NCBI GenBank assembly: GCA_964016885.1
Contig: OZ024743.1
Coordinates: 302,436,001-302,500,000 of the forward strand
Length of the DNA: 64,000 bases
Origin: Eledone cirrhosa
Taxonomy: Eukaryota
Direction of reading: 5' to 3'
Part shown: positions 28,170-40,210 of the stretch, one piece after another
Position numbering within the stretch: the first letter of the stretch is position 1
Layout: every line of letters starts with the position of its first letter
The notes under the pieces: generated by a model
Told to the model about the DNA's origin: nothing
The model's input: the letters and a program-made list of their open reading frames with translations, nothing else
The model's database searches: none
Position numbers and translations under genes: made by a program

Positions 28170-29165
28170 ATAATTGTTTCTAGGCAAGCATTAACCACAG
28201 TGCATTACTGGAGCTTTATTTTATCGATCCCGTAATGATGAAAGTGAAAGTTAACATTTGGCGGGACTTTTAACTCAGACCACAAAGTGCTGTAACACTA
28301 CGCTGCAAAGCATGGCTTCCGACCTCTACCGATACTGCCAATGCAAAAATAGTAATGATATTAATGATTTATGAATGCGTTTATTTGTCTTAGCCTGTGA
28401 GAGTTTATTTGTGTGAGCTAGTTTATTTTGTTTGCCGCTACGCCCAAACAAATAATATCATTAACAACAACAGAAAACCTATTAATTATAATTGCATATG
28501 AATGTGTGTTTATGTGTATAGCTCATTTTTGTTGTTTCCTGCTGCGTCCAAATAATACTAAAAACAAGAAAAATAGTAATATTAATTGTTTCTAATTTTG
28601 GCACAAGGTTAGCAATTATAGCAGTGCATTACTGGTACTATATTTTATCGACCTCGTAATGATAAAAGGCAAAGTTAACCTGAGCGGGATTTGAACTCAG
28701 AATGGCAATGGTCGTAACTCTATAATAATAATTGTTTCTACTTCTGGCACAAGGCCAGCAATTACTCAGTGCGTTAGTGGCACTTTATTGTATCGACCCG
28801 ATAAGGATGAAAGGCAAAGTTAACCTTAGCGGGATTTGAGCTAAGACTGTAAAGAGACGTAACTATGCTGGAAAGCTTAGCGTCCGACTCTCTATCGATA
28901 CTGCCAATTCAAATAATAATTGTTTCTACTTTCGGCACAAGGCCAGCAATTCACAGTACATTACTGGTACTTTATTTTATCGACCTCGTAAGGATGAAAG
29001 GCAAATTAATATTGGCGGGATTTGAACTCAGATCGTAAAGGGACGTAACTATGCCAATTCAAATAATAAGTGTTTCTACTATTGGCACAAGGACACCAAT
29101 TGTACCATGACATTACTGGTACCTTATTTTATCGACCCCGTAAGGATGAAAGGCTAAGTTAACCT
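28170..29165 (-). mobile_element. Cluster of about five family A tRNA-SINE copies, mostly tandem
   Basis: Repeated TGTTTCTACT..GGCACAAGGCCAGCAAT..GGTACTTTATTTTATCGAC..GGATGAAAGGCAAAG..GGGATTTGAACTCAG. Confidence 0.85.
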
Positions 29166-29679
29166 AATAATGAACAAGGATTTGACGTGATTGTGCGTGC
29201 ACATGTGTGTATGTGTGTGTGGGTGCGTGTGTTCGTGAGTATGTGCGTTGGGTTGTTATGGTTCAGTAAGTAGCTGGGTGCACACGTATATTTTCTTTAT
29301 TTTGAATAAACATATTCTCTTTTATTTAATATTCATATTCTGCGCACGCGCGTGTGTGATTGTCTGTGTTTGTGTGTGTATGTGGGTGCGTGTCTGTGCG
29401 CGCGTGTGTGCGTGTGTGTGTGTGTGTGTGGATGCGTATATGTGTGTGTCTGCATGTATGTGTGTCACATATCTTTTCGGGTACGGATGATCATATGATA
29501 ACATAGTAATAATAGCAACAACCATAGCAAATATAATGATGATAATAATTATATTAGTAAAGGGAAGAAGGTAACGTGTTCGTGTGCGTGGGAGTAGTTA
29601 CAGGCTATTCAGGCGTTGTTTGTATTTTGAAATAAATATATTTTCTTTATGTATTCGTGTTTAATATGTGGCATTATCT

Positions 29680-30295
29680 GGACAACGGTATACTGGAAAA
29701 ATGGAATTTGAAGTACTTCTTCGTTGCACCCAAATCTAAATACTCACTATTTGGTATCTGCCATGTGGTGATGTCTTCGAATTGTTGGCGGTGAATTCCC
29801 ATTCTGTTTCTGAGGGTGAGTTTGCTTTTCCTTATATAGTCTTCGTTACAGCCGTTATATTTATTTGCATACATAAAAATGTTGCACAACAGATGAAATG
29901 ATATTTTACAAACAGTGATTTGTCCTGATGTAAGTGTGTACAGTGAGTCCCAAATGACGTTAATGTAACTTCCACAGTTACAGTGACCAGACCCTTTGAC
30001 TTTTGGTGGGTAATTTGCTGCAGGTGAGTACATTTTAAAGCGTGTTTGGTTGTTTTTTACTTTTGAAAATGTTATGTGTTTCGGGTGCTATTATTATTTT
30101 TGAGGCTTGTCGCGATATTGGTTTTCTTTTGTGAATAATGTTGTATGCCTTACTATTTCTAGGATTTGTGTTCATATACAAGGTAGTATTTTGATGTATC
30201 TGAAGTTGCTTTTGTTTCTCGTAATTCTTACATGTGTATTGCTTACGCACGTTCTATTCTGCTGTATATTCATAATGATGGATACTTTCTTTCGA
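29680..30295 (-). mobile_element. Penelope-like (Neptune-type) GIY-YIG fragment, decayed
   Basis: YANKYNGCNEDYIRKSKLTLRNRMGIHRQQF resembles Y.I.C.GC.E.YIG.T..TLR.RM..HRQQI. Confidence 0.65.
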
Positions 30296-30529
30296 GTGGA
30301 ATTTCTGTATATACATATATACAACAAAGAGGTTGTGGATCATATCGCACCAGAGTACTCAATACTTAGGGTAGCTGTCCAGCTGTTGAAACGGCCGGAG
30401 CTCAGCCATCGAGGAAATGACTCCTTTCCTATATTAATATATATATATGAAAGCGCTACGGATAGATGCTTATGATGCCTATGATGCACTGAAACCTCCA
30501 TGACCCGTAGTAACTTACTTTGAGAATAC

Positions 30530-31005
30530 ATTTGACATGTTTCGATGTGTATTGTCCAGGGCCATGTCTAATATAATAGCATCAACTGGCGAACTCTTTC
30601 AAATCAGGATTTGGGCCCATGGACCATTCAAGTAGAGAATTATTGTTTACGGAGACTTAACCGTGTGTAGGACGTTTATACGAGATTTCTTAAAGGAATG
30701 TCTCCAAAGAACTCTGCAATGTTATGTGTTTTTTCCCATTTTAATGTATTTTGGTGTATTCTTAAAGAGAGCAGGGACTATTGAGGTGAAATAATTGTGC
30801 CGTAATGTCGTTATGAGATGCGAGTGTGATTTTATCGTGGACGGATAGCATGGCACCCAAGACATGGCATCAAAAGTGATGCCAACATTATTTGGGCAAT
30901 GCAGATAGAAATGTTTCCACATCATGAAGATAATGTAGCGCTTAAGGCAACCTTCGAGAGAATAAAGTTTGAGTTTTTCTGGTCGACTGCAATCGGGTCT
31001 TGAAG
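30530..31005 (-). mobile_element. CR1-clade LINE 3' fragment
   Basis: EKLKLYSLEGCLKRYIIFMMWK..HNYFTSIVPALF; homologous to 34060-34520. Confidence 0.85.
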
Positions 31006-31009
31006 TCAC

Positions 31010-32620
31010 AAGCGGTTAATCCTATATAAACTTTGTTGGAGGTGTCCGTCCTCACGTTGCACTGGTAGATCACATTACGATCTCAGCATCTGTTGTTGAG
31101 GGGGAAAAGGGATCTATCAGGACAGTTACACATCCTGGTCAGTTCTCCCCTGCTGTCTAGGTTATTTCATCCATAGCGGTTGAGTTTTTTGTTGTTAGAG
31201 GAGACGATGTATTGTGCGAAGTTAGGTGTGGTGCTGTAGGAGAGATTGATGGTGTTTTTGTTGATTATGTTGTGGTAGCGGTGTTGTAGTGGGAAGTGTT
31301 TTTCGATGAGCCTAAAGAAGATTTTCCCGATAGGTGTTGTCACCTCGGCATTGTGGGGAGGATTGAACCATGCTACCTTGCGTAAGCGGCGGTATCGCCT
31401 GCTGGTTTCGCTAATGGAAGCTGGACAATAGGATATTTCCCCCCGGAAGCCACTCCGCTTGAGGGCCTGGTTGTCTGCTCGTTTGTCTGCCCATTAGCGG
31501 ACAAACGAGATATGCGGAGGGAGATGTTTTTAACCAGGTTATTGGTGATGTTTCTAGGATGGTTCGACCGGCGATGGATGTAATGCAGGTTGTCGTTTGG
31601 TTTCCTGTATAGGTAGTACAGATCATTATAGAGATTATTGGTAACGTGCAGGAAGTTTACTCGGGTTAGGGACGTTTGTAGGGTTTAAATCCACAGTCAC
31701 GGAAGAAGCTGCTTAATTGTTTACGGACACGGTCTGTACTACTGGGGTTGTAACCTTTGAGGCTAAGGAGCCCATCATCACGGTACAATCCACTGCCGAA
31801 TGCAGGAAACATTTCGGTGAGTTTAAATAATAGGAGTAATCATATAAGATCTGTAGACCTCGGCCGAATCCGTCGCGCCCATACTGACATCGAAGGGTAG
31901 TCAGGAGCTCTGTTTATCCACTTGGAGTTGTTGAAAAGTAGGACTGTCTTCCTGGCGTGGAGAATGATATTTCTTTCCTGGTCGGTGATGGGCGTGAGTG
32001 TTTCGGCAAAGTCCAAGGCGGCCGTAAGGAGCGGTAAGGTGATTGATGCATAGTAACTCTCTATGTCAAACTGGAGGAATGTTGTGTCTCGTTTGTCCTC
32101 CATATTTCTGAACCATGAGATTACTTCCTGGGTGTTGACCCATAGGCTAAGTCTCGTGTTTTGCTTAACTTTTGGTATAACGCCGTCTAGGATTTTTTTT
32201 ACTGATTCTCCCTATGTCGGACTTCGTTGGGTTTATAAGCCTGATGGATGGTTTACAGTCGAAGTCGGATTTGTGGTCCTTCAGTGTGAAGTAGCGGGTC
32301 CGGGGATCTAGGGGTTCAGTACGGTCGGCGACCCGGAGGCTGTAGGTAATTTGTTATCCATCTCGATTTATGTCCTCGATACATGAATGGTTAGCCATTT
32401 TATTGATGGAGTTTAGGCTGCTCCTGATCAGTGTGTGGTATCTGTCGTGGTTGATGAAGTAGAGGTTTCCAGTTTTATCCGAGTGCACCATGATGCCGTT
32501 GGTGTTTTCATACTCTGTTAATTTGCTACAGAGTTTTTGTAGGAATCTTTTGTGTCTGGGTTACAATTTTATGCTCCTGATCAGTTGGATAGGGCCATTC
32601 TCGAAGGGTGAGAGCATAGG
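31010..32620 (-). mobile_element. Penelope-like element (Hydra-like) with RT core, decayed
   Basis: FLQFDIESYYASI (motif A), MGATDSAE (motif B), GSGLYRDDGL (motif C, ~31770-31797), WFNPPHNAEVTTPIGK, CNC..; same family as 17510-18150; inverted 3' end at 32640-32732. Confidence 0.9.
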
Positions 32621-32800
32621 GTTCAGAGGGGGGGGGGGGGTACTTGTTCCTATCACCCACTCTACTTCCCTAAGTATTGAGTACTTCGGTGCGTTATGGT
32701 CCATCTGGTTCCTTACCTCATTTCCTTCGTTATATATATCTATATATATAAAATAAAGTTAAATAAGAAGTCAAATGTTTAAAACTTAGCTTCGTTTATT

Positions 32801-32855
32801 ACTGCCATATATATTTCAGTGACAGCCATCTTTGTATGTGACCTCTTCAGGCAGT
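32801..32855 (-). ncRNA. Hammerhead ribozyme, degenerate (AUG triplet)
   Basis: Minus strand ACTGC-CTGAAGA-GGTCAC..GTCACT-GAAA-TATATA-TG-GCAGT. Confidence 0.6.
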
Positions 32856-32980
32856 CCGAATTAGTGTGCTATAGACAAGTACATATGTTGTTGAGGTGTA
32901 TAATTTTGTCAATACTCTGATATGCCCAGTTCCTGGTTGGGTTGTTATTTCACAGAGGAACTGGAATCATACTAATTCGG

Positions 32981-33035
32981 ACTGCCTGAAGAGGTCACTG
33001 CCAAAGATGGCTGTCACTGAAATATATATAGCAGT
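32981..33035 (+). ncRNA. Hammerhead ribozyme (type I, palindromic stem III)
   Basis: ACTGC-CTGAAGA-GGTCACTGCCA(aaga)TGGCTGTCACT-GAAA-TATATA-TA-GCAGT. Confidence 0.75.
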
Positions 33036-33184
33036 AATAAACGAAGCTAAATTTAAAACATTTGAGTTTTCATTTAACTTTATTTTACATTACTCCGGAG
33101 TAACCAAACCAACCTGCGCACTTCGTCGAGTGCTCCAGCCTGCATACTTAGGTGTTGGTATACAACCAACATATACACAAAATC

Positions 33185-33267
<83 letters not shown>

Positions 33268-33359
33268 TACTTTATATATATTATATATATATTATATATA
33301 TATTATATAAATATTATATATATATTATATATATATTATAAATATATATTATATACGTA

Positions 33360-34529
33360 ACTATCCAATGTTGGTGTCTCAGGAAGCTTACTGCAGTGGA
33401 TCAAATGTTTCCTGACAGGCAGAACCCAGCATGTTGTAGTCGAAGGAGTAAAATCAAGCTCTGGCAAAGTCCGCGTCCCACAAGGCACTGTGTTGGGCCA
33501 CTTCTTTTCGTCATCTACATTAATGACATTACTGACATTATCAAACACAGTAACATCAGCATCTTCGCAGCTGATTTTAAGCTCCAAATGGTCATCAATG
33601 GGGTGGGTGACCGGACATGTCTTCAGTCAGACCCACTGGCCGTTATTCAATGGTCAAGATGAATAATATGCTGTTGAATGAGGATAAATTTGAACTAATC
33701 CACTTTGGAAAAAAGCATGCCCTGAAACTACCATACTCTCTTCCTTCGTGTGAAACTATGGTGGCTTCCAATAACATCAGAAACCTGGGAGTCATTGTGG
33801 ACAACAATATAAGCTGGGCCACTCATATAAACAGTAAAGTTGATATGGCCCGCATAATGTGTTCCTGGATTCTCAGAACTTTCCAATCGAGCTCTATCAC
33901 ACTGTTGAACTTTTCTTCTCCACATTTGCCCGACCCCACCTTGAATACTGTTGTCCACTGTCGTCACTCCACACGAAACAAAGTATCATGAAAGTTGAAG
34001 CACCCCAAAGGTCAATTACAAAAAAGATAGTTGGCATGACAGGCCTTGACTATTGCGGTCGATTAGAAAAGCTCAAACTTTATTTTCTTCAACGTCGCCG
34101 TGCGCGCTACATTATCTGTATGATGTGGAAAATATTCCATCAGCTTAGCCCAAATGAATTTGGCATCACCTTTAGTGTACACCCAAGGCATCACCTTTAG
34201 TGTACACCCACGACAAAAATACCACTCGCATCATATAACAACAATATGGCACCATTATTTCACCTCAATTAGCCCTTCACTCTTTAACATTATACCAAAA
34301 CACATCAAAGCAGAGACAGACCGCATCAAGTTCAAGAAGTCGTTGGATAAATTCCTTCAAGAAATTCCGGATAAGCCTCCTACACCTGATATGCCTCCGT
34401 AAACAATAACTCTCTGATCGAGTAGGCCATGGTGCCCAAACACTGATTTGTAAGACTTCGCCAGGTGGTACTATTAAGTTAGACATGGCCTGGGACAATA
34501 CTGGCCGAAACCTATCAAAGTTATCAATG

Positions 34530-34530
<1 letters not shown>
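33360..34530 (+). mobile_element. 5'-truncated CR1-clade LINE RT, frameshifted, in (TA)n
   Basis: WIKCFLTGRTQHVVVEG..VPQGTVLG; IYINDI; IFAAD; NNMLLNEDKFELIHFG; RPHLEYC; LQRRRARYIICMMWK; 3' stem-loop and ATCAAAGT-like tail. Confidence 0.93.
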
Positions 34531-34603
<73 letters not shown>

Positions 34604-35102
34604 GATTATGGAAGCAGAAAATTGCTTATTGTGATCCAGTTCGTAGTTAAGAAAGCAAGTTTCATGGACGGTTTCAACGTACGGTTAGAGTTAATTCCAC
34701 AAGTTTGTAAGAATTCCGTTCAATCTTGGGGTATAAAGTATAAAAGAGAAAACACAGGTAAGCATTAAGAGAGGATAAAATCCTTCTCTTAATGCTTACC
34801 TGTGTTGTCTCTTTTCTTGCTGCTACCAAGATGAAAACTACTATGAAATCCCACACTGAATTTTATACTTGAATTTTCAAATCTCAAATTTTAACTCTTC
34901 TTATTATTAATTTTTCTTAATATTAATCAACATTTGAAAAGATCGCTTTTGCAGTCCCATCGAAACCGGTCATTTTGTATACCCTTTATTCTTTCCTTAC
35001 CTCATAAAATTATATGTTTTTTCACAAAAAAGTATTCTATCTCTTATATATTCCATGTGCCATTACCAACCTCAATTTTCTATATATATATAGATATATA
35101 TA

Positions 35103-36372
<1,270 letters not shown>

Positions 36373-36430
36373 AATACATACATATAAATATATACATATA
36401 CATATATACATATATATATATATATACATA

Positions 36431-38252
36431 TATAGACATAGAATATTCGAAAATATTCTGTATGTTTATAATAAACATTTTGAAGACCTAATCGCTATAG
36501 AATAGAATACGTCACGTATTACAATTAGATTCTCGACAAAAGCAAGGGAAGTAATCTACGCGTTTCATTCTTGTTAGAAATCTTCAGGACTACATATCCA
36601 GTGCTTTTATCGAGAATGACACAGCTAGAGACTTATAGAATACTTAGCTGTGTACAGGAACTGGTTTGAAAGAGCGGTTGCCGGTCCGGCAGAAATTAGA
36701 AATTGGAATAAATGCTCTGAAATAGCGATATATATGTGAATATAGACATAGAATATTCGAAAATATTCTGTATGTTTATAATAAACATTTTGAAGACCTA
36801 ATCGCTATAGAATAGAATACGTCACGTATTACAATTAGATTCTCGACAAAAGCAAGGGAAGTAATCTACGCGTTTCATTCTTGTTAGAAATCTTCAGGAC
36901 TACATATCCAGTGCTTTTATCGAGAATGACACAGCTAGAGACTTATAGAATACTTAGCTGTGTACAGGAACTGGTTTGAAAGAGCGGTTGCCGGTCCGGC
37001 AGAAATTAGAAATTGGAATAAATGCTCTGAAATAGCGATATATATGTGAATATAGACATAGAATATTCGAAAATATTCTGTATGTTTATAATAAACATTT
37101 TGAAGACCTAATCGCTATAGAATAGAATACGTCACGTATTACAATTAGATTCTCGACAAAAGCAAGGGAAGTAATCTACGCGTTTCATTCTTGTTAGAAA
37201 TCTTTAGGACTACATATCCAGTGCTTTTATCGAGAATGACACAGCTAGAGACTTATAGAATACTTAGCTGTGTACAGGAACTGGTTTGAAAGAGCGGTTG
37301 CCGGTCCGGCAGAAATTAGAAATTGGAATAAATGCTCTGAAATAGCGATATATATGTGAATATAGACATAGAATATTCGAAAATATTCTGTATGTTTATA
37401 ATAAACATTTTGAAGACCTAATCGCTATAGAATAGAATACGTCACGTATTACAATTAGATTCTCGACAAAAGCAAGGGAAGTAATCTACGCGTTTCATTC
37501 TTGTTAGAAATCTTCAGGACTACATATCCAGTGCTTTTATCGAGAATGACACAGCTAGAGACTTATAGAATACTTAGCTGTGTACAGGAACTGGTTTGAA
37601 AGAGCGGTTGCCGGTCCGGCAGAAATTAGAAATTGGAATAAATGCTCTGAAATAGCGATCGCTCTTTCAAACCAGTTCCTGTACACAGCTAAGTATTCTA
37701 TAAGTCTCTAGCTGTGTCATTCTCGATAAAAGCACTGGATATGTAGTCCTGAAGATTTCTAACAAGAATGAAACGCGTAGATTACTTCCCATGCTTTTGT
37801 CGAGAATCTAATTGTAATACGTGACGTATTCTATTCTATAGCGATTAGGTCTTCAAAATGTTTATTATAAACATACAGAATATTTTCGAATATTCTATGT
37901 CTATATTCACATATATATCGCTATTTCAGAGCATTTATTCCAATTTCTAATTTCTGCCGGACCGGCAACCGCTCTTTCAAACCAGTTCCTGTACACAGCT
38001 AAGTATTCTATAAGTCTCTAGCTGTGTCATTCTCGATAAAAGCACTGGATATGTAGTCCTGAAGATTTCTAACAAGAATGAAACGCGTAGATTACTTCCC
38101 TTGCTTTTGTCGAGAATCTAATTGTAATACGTGACGTATTCTATTCTATAGCGATTAGGTCTTCAAAATGTTTATTATAAACATACAGAATATTTTCGAA
38201 TATTCTATGTCTATATTCACATATATATCGCTATTTCAGAGCATTTATTCCA

Positions 38253-38253
<1 letters not shown>
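36431..38253. repeat. 310-bp hammerhead-containing tandem repeat (about 4 direct units, then about 1.9 inverted units); retrozyme-like or PLE pLTR multimer
   Basis: Units start at 36431, 36741, 37051 and 37361; inversion at 37659/37660; HHRs on minus at 36551-36593, 36861-36903, 37171-37213, 37481-37523 and on plus at 37743-37785, 38053-38095. Confidence 0.95.
37743..37785 (+). ncRNA. Hammerhead ribozyme of the 310-bp unit (representative copy)
   Basis: GTAGTC-CTGAAGA-TTTCT(aaca)AGAAT-GAAA-CGCG-TA-GATTAC; palindromic stem III ACGCGT, GUA site. Confidence 0.88.
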
Positions 38254-38330
<77 letters not shown>

Positions 38331-39297
38331 ATATATATATATATATTATAATGAATTAACAGGATGCTGGACTTGTGTAAATCCTTGAAAGGTTTATTAT
38401 ACTATGATCATTTCAATGACCGGGTTCCGTATGAATCCGGTGATATCATCAGGTATTCGAAATATAATAAGTGAATGTAATAGATAAAATCCATGGGGCT
38501 GAAAATCAAAGACCCGAGGACAACCGCCATCCAGCATCTTTCACCTTTGCCGGTCGCCCTCGAATGAGCTTACAGTGTGCTACTACCGGTCAAATGAAGG
38601 AAAACAGAAAGGTATAGGAACATAATTCAGCGTTAATATCATGCCACAAGAAAAAAGAAAGAAAGAAAGAAAGAAGAGAGAAGAAGGGGGAAGGAAGAAG
38701 TAGAGAAGCCAGGGTTAATGTCAGCTATAAGAAGAAAGACAGAAAGAAAGAGGAGGAAATGTCGGTATTACAGTCAGGCCAGGAATGTCGCTAAAAAAAT
38801 GTTATTCTAAGGGTCCCGTATCTTAACAACTTCTACCTGTCAAATATAGGCAAACAAAGAGGGGAAGGAAGATAGTAAATGGTAATATCATGCCCCCAGG
38901 AGAAAGACAGAAAGAAGGGAGAAGAGAAGGAAGAAAAGGAATACGAAGAAAAGTCAGAAAGAAAACAAGAAGAAAGATAGAAAGAAAGAGGAAGAAAGGC
39001 CGAATACCTGATGATATCACCTGATTCATACGGAACCCGGTCATTGAAATGACCATAGTATAATAAACCCTTCAAGGATTTACACAAGTCCAGCCTCCTG
39101 TCATTTCATTATAATATTTAACTCCGTACTAGCACCACCAACTACAAAAACAAAGACGGTTGAACTGCTTTACGTTGAGTACTCTCCATATTATTACATT
39201 GATATTGACCATATAGAATTGACCAGGACTATCCAGTGGTGATCCTCAAACCTGAATAAATAATGTTCCTGAAATGTTGAGCACTTTCAAATGTAAT

Positions 39298-39476
39298 AGT
39301 TGTTTCTACTTTAGACACAAGGCCAGCAATTACCCAGTGCATTACTGGTACTTTATTTTATCGAACCGTAAGGATGAAAGACAAAGTCAACCTCGGCGGG
39401 ATTTGAACCCAGATCGTAAAGGGATGAAACTATGCTGGAAAGCATGGCGTCCGACCCTCTACCGATACTGCCAATC
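39298..39476 (-). mobile_element. Full-length family A tRNA-SINE
   Basis: Reverse complement of the 22408 unit including A and B boxes. Confidence 0.9.
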
Positions 39477-39763
39477 CACCGCCATAAGGAACAACGGCAT
39501 GGGACTGAATATATCTAACCACCACTCGGATTTTGGCTACTCGGTGTTTTGCCTACCGCCCACCTGGCCCATTGCTACTTCCCTCTCAGAATATTCAGAC
39601 TTCGACGAAATTCTATGGATTATACCATAACATGTATTGTACTGTACTGTATTGACTAAATTCGCTACCCTATACACCAGGGCATGTATAACTCACACTG
39701 AATTCTCAGACTCGAACACACACTGATTCCATTTACATATCTATATGCATTATCTGACTGCAA

Positions 39764-40210
39764 CTTGAACTATATCGTATTTCTCCTGTGTCTTGATCTC
39801 TCCATTTACTCCACCACCACTCTTGTTTGTTTATTTATATCTTTATATATTTCTACCTTTGCTGTATTAATGTTTTATCCACGTATTCTACTTCTATACA
39901 TCCATGTACTTTTTACTTCTCTTATTCGGACTTTTACTCGCGTGTACCCATTAGCACACGACACTAGAATGTCTCCCCCTGGGAACATACATACTGCGAC
40001 CTGAACTATATTGTATTTCCACTATGTCTTGATTTCTCCATCTTACTCCACCACCAATCTTGTTGGTTTATTTATATATTTATACCTTTGCTTTATTAAT
40101 GTGATTTTCCACGTATTCTACTTCTATGTGTCCATGTATTTCTACTCCTCTTATTGGGACTTTTGCTCACTTGTACCCATTAGCACACGACACTAGAATG
40201 TCTCCGCCTG
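39764..40210 (+). repeat. Diverged tandem duplication, ~237-bp period
   Basis: TGAACTATAT..TACTCCACCACCA..GTACCCATTAGCACACGACACTAGAATGTCTCC occurs twice. Confidence 0.85.

Larger units (their letters stand above)
32750..33090. mobile_element. Inverted pair of PLE pLTR ends, each with a hammerhead
   Basis: 32750-32866 is the reverse complement of ~32968-33088. Confidence 0.85.

Noticed and set aside
34486-34516. GGCC..GGCCGAAACC stem-loop as a hammerhead
   Set aside because: No CUGANGA upstream; fits the ordinary CR1 3' terminal stem-loop
36431-38253. CRISPR-like regular array
   Set aside because: Whole 310-bp units are repeated with no unique spacers, no cas genes, eukaryotic context
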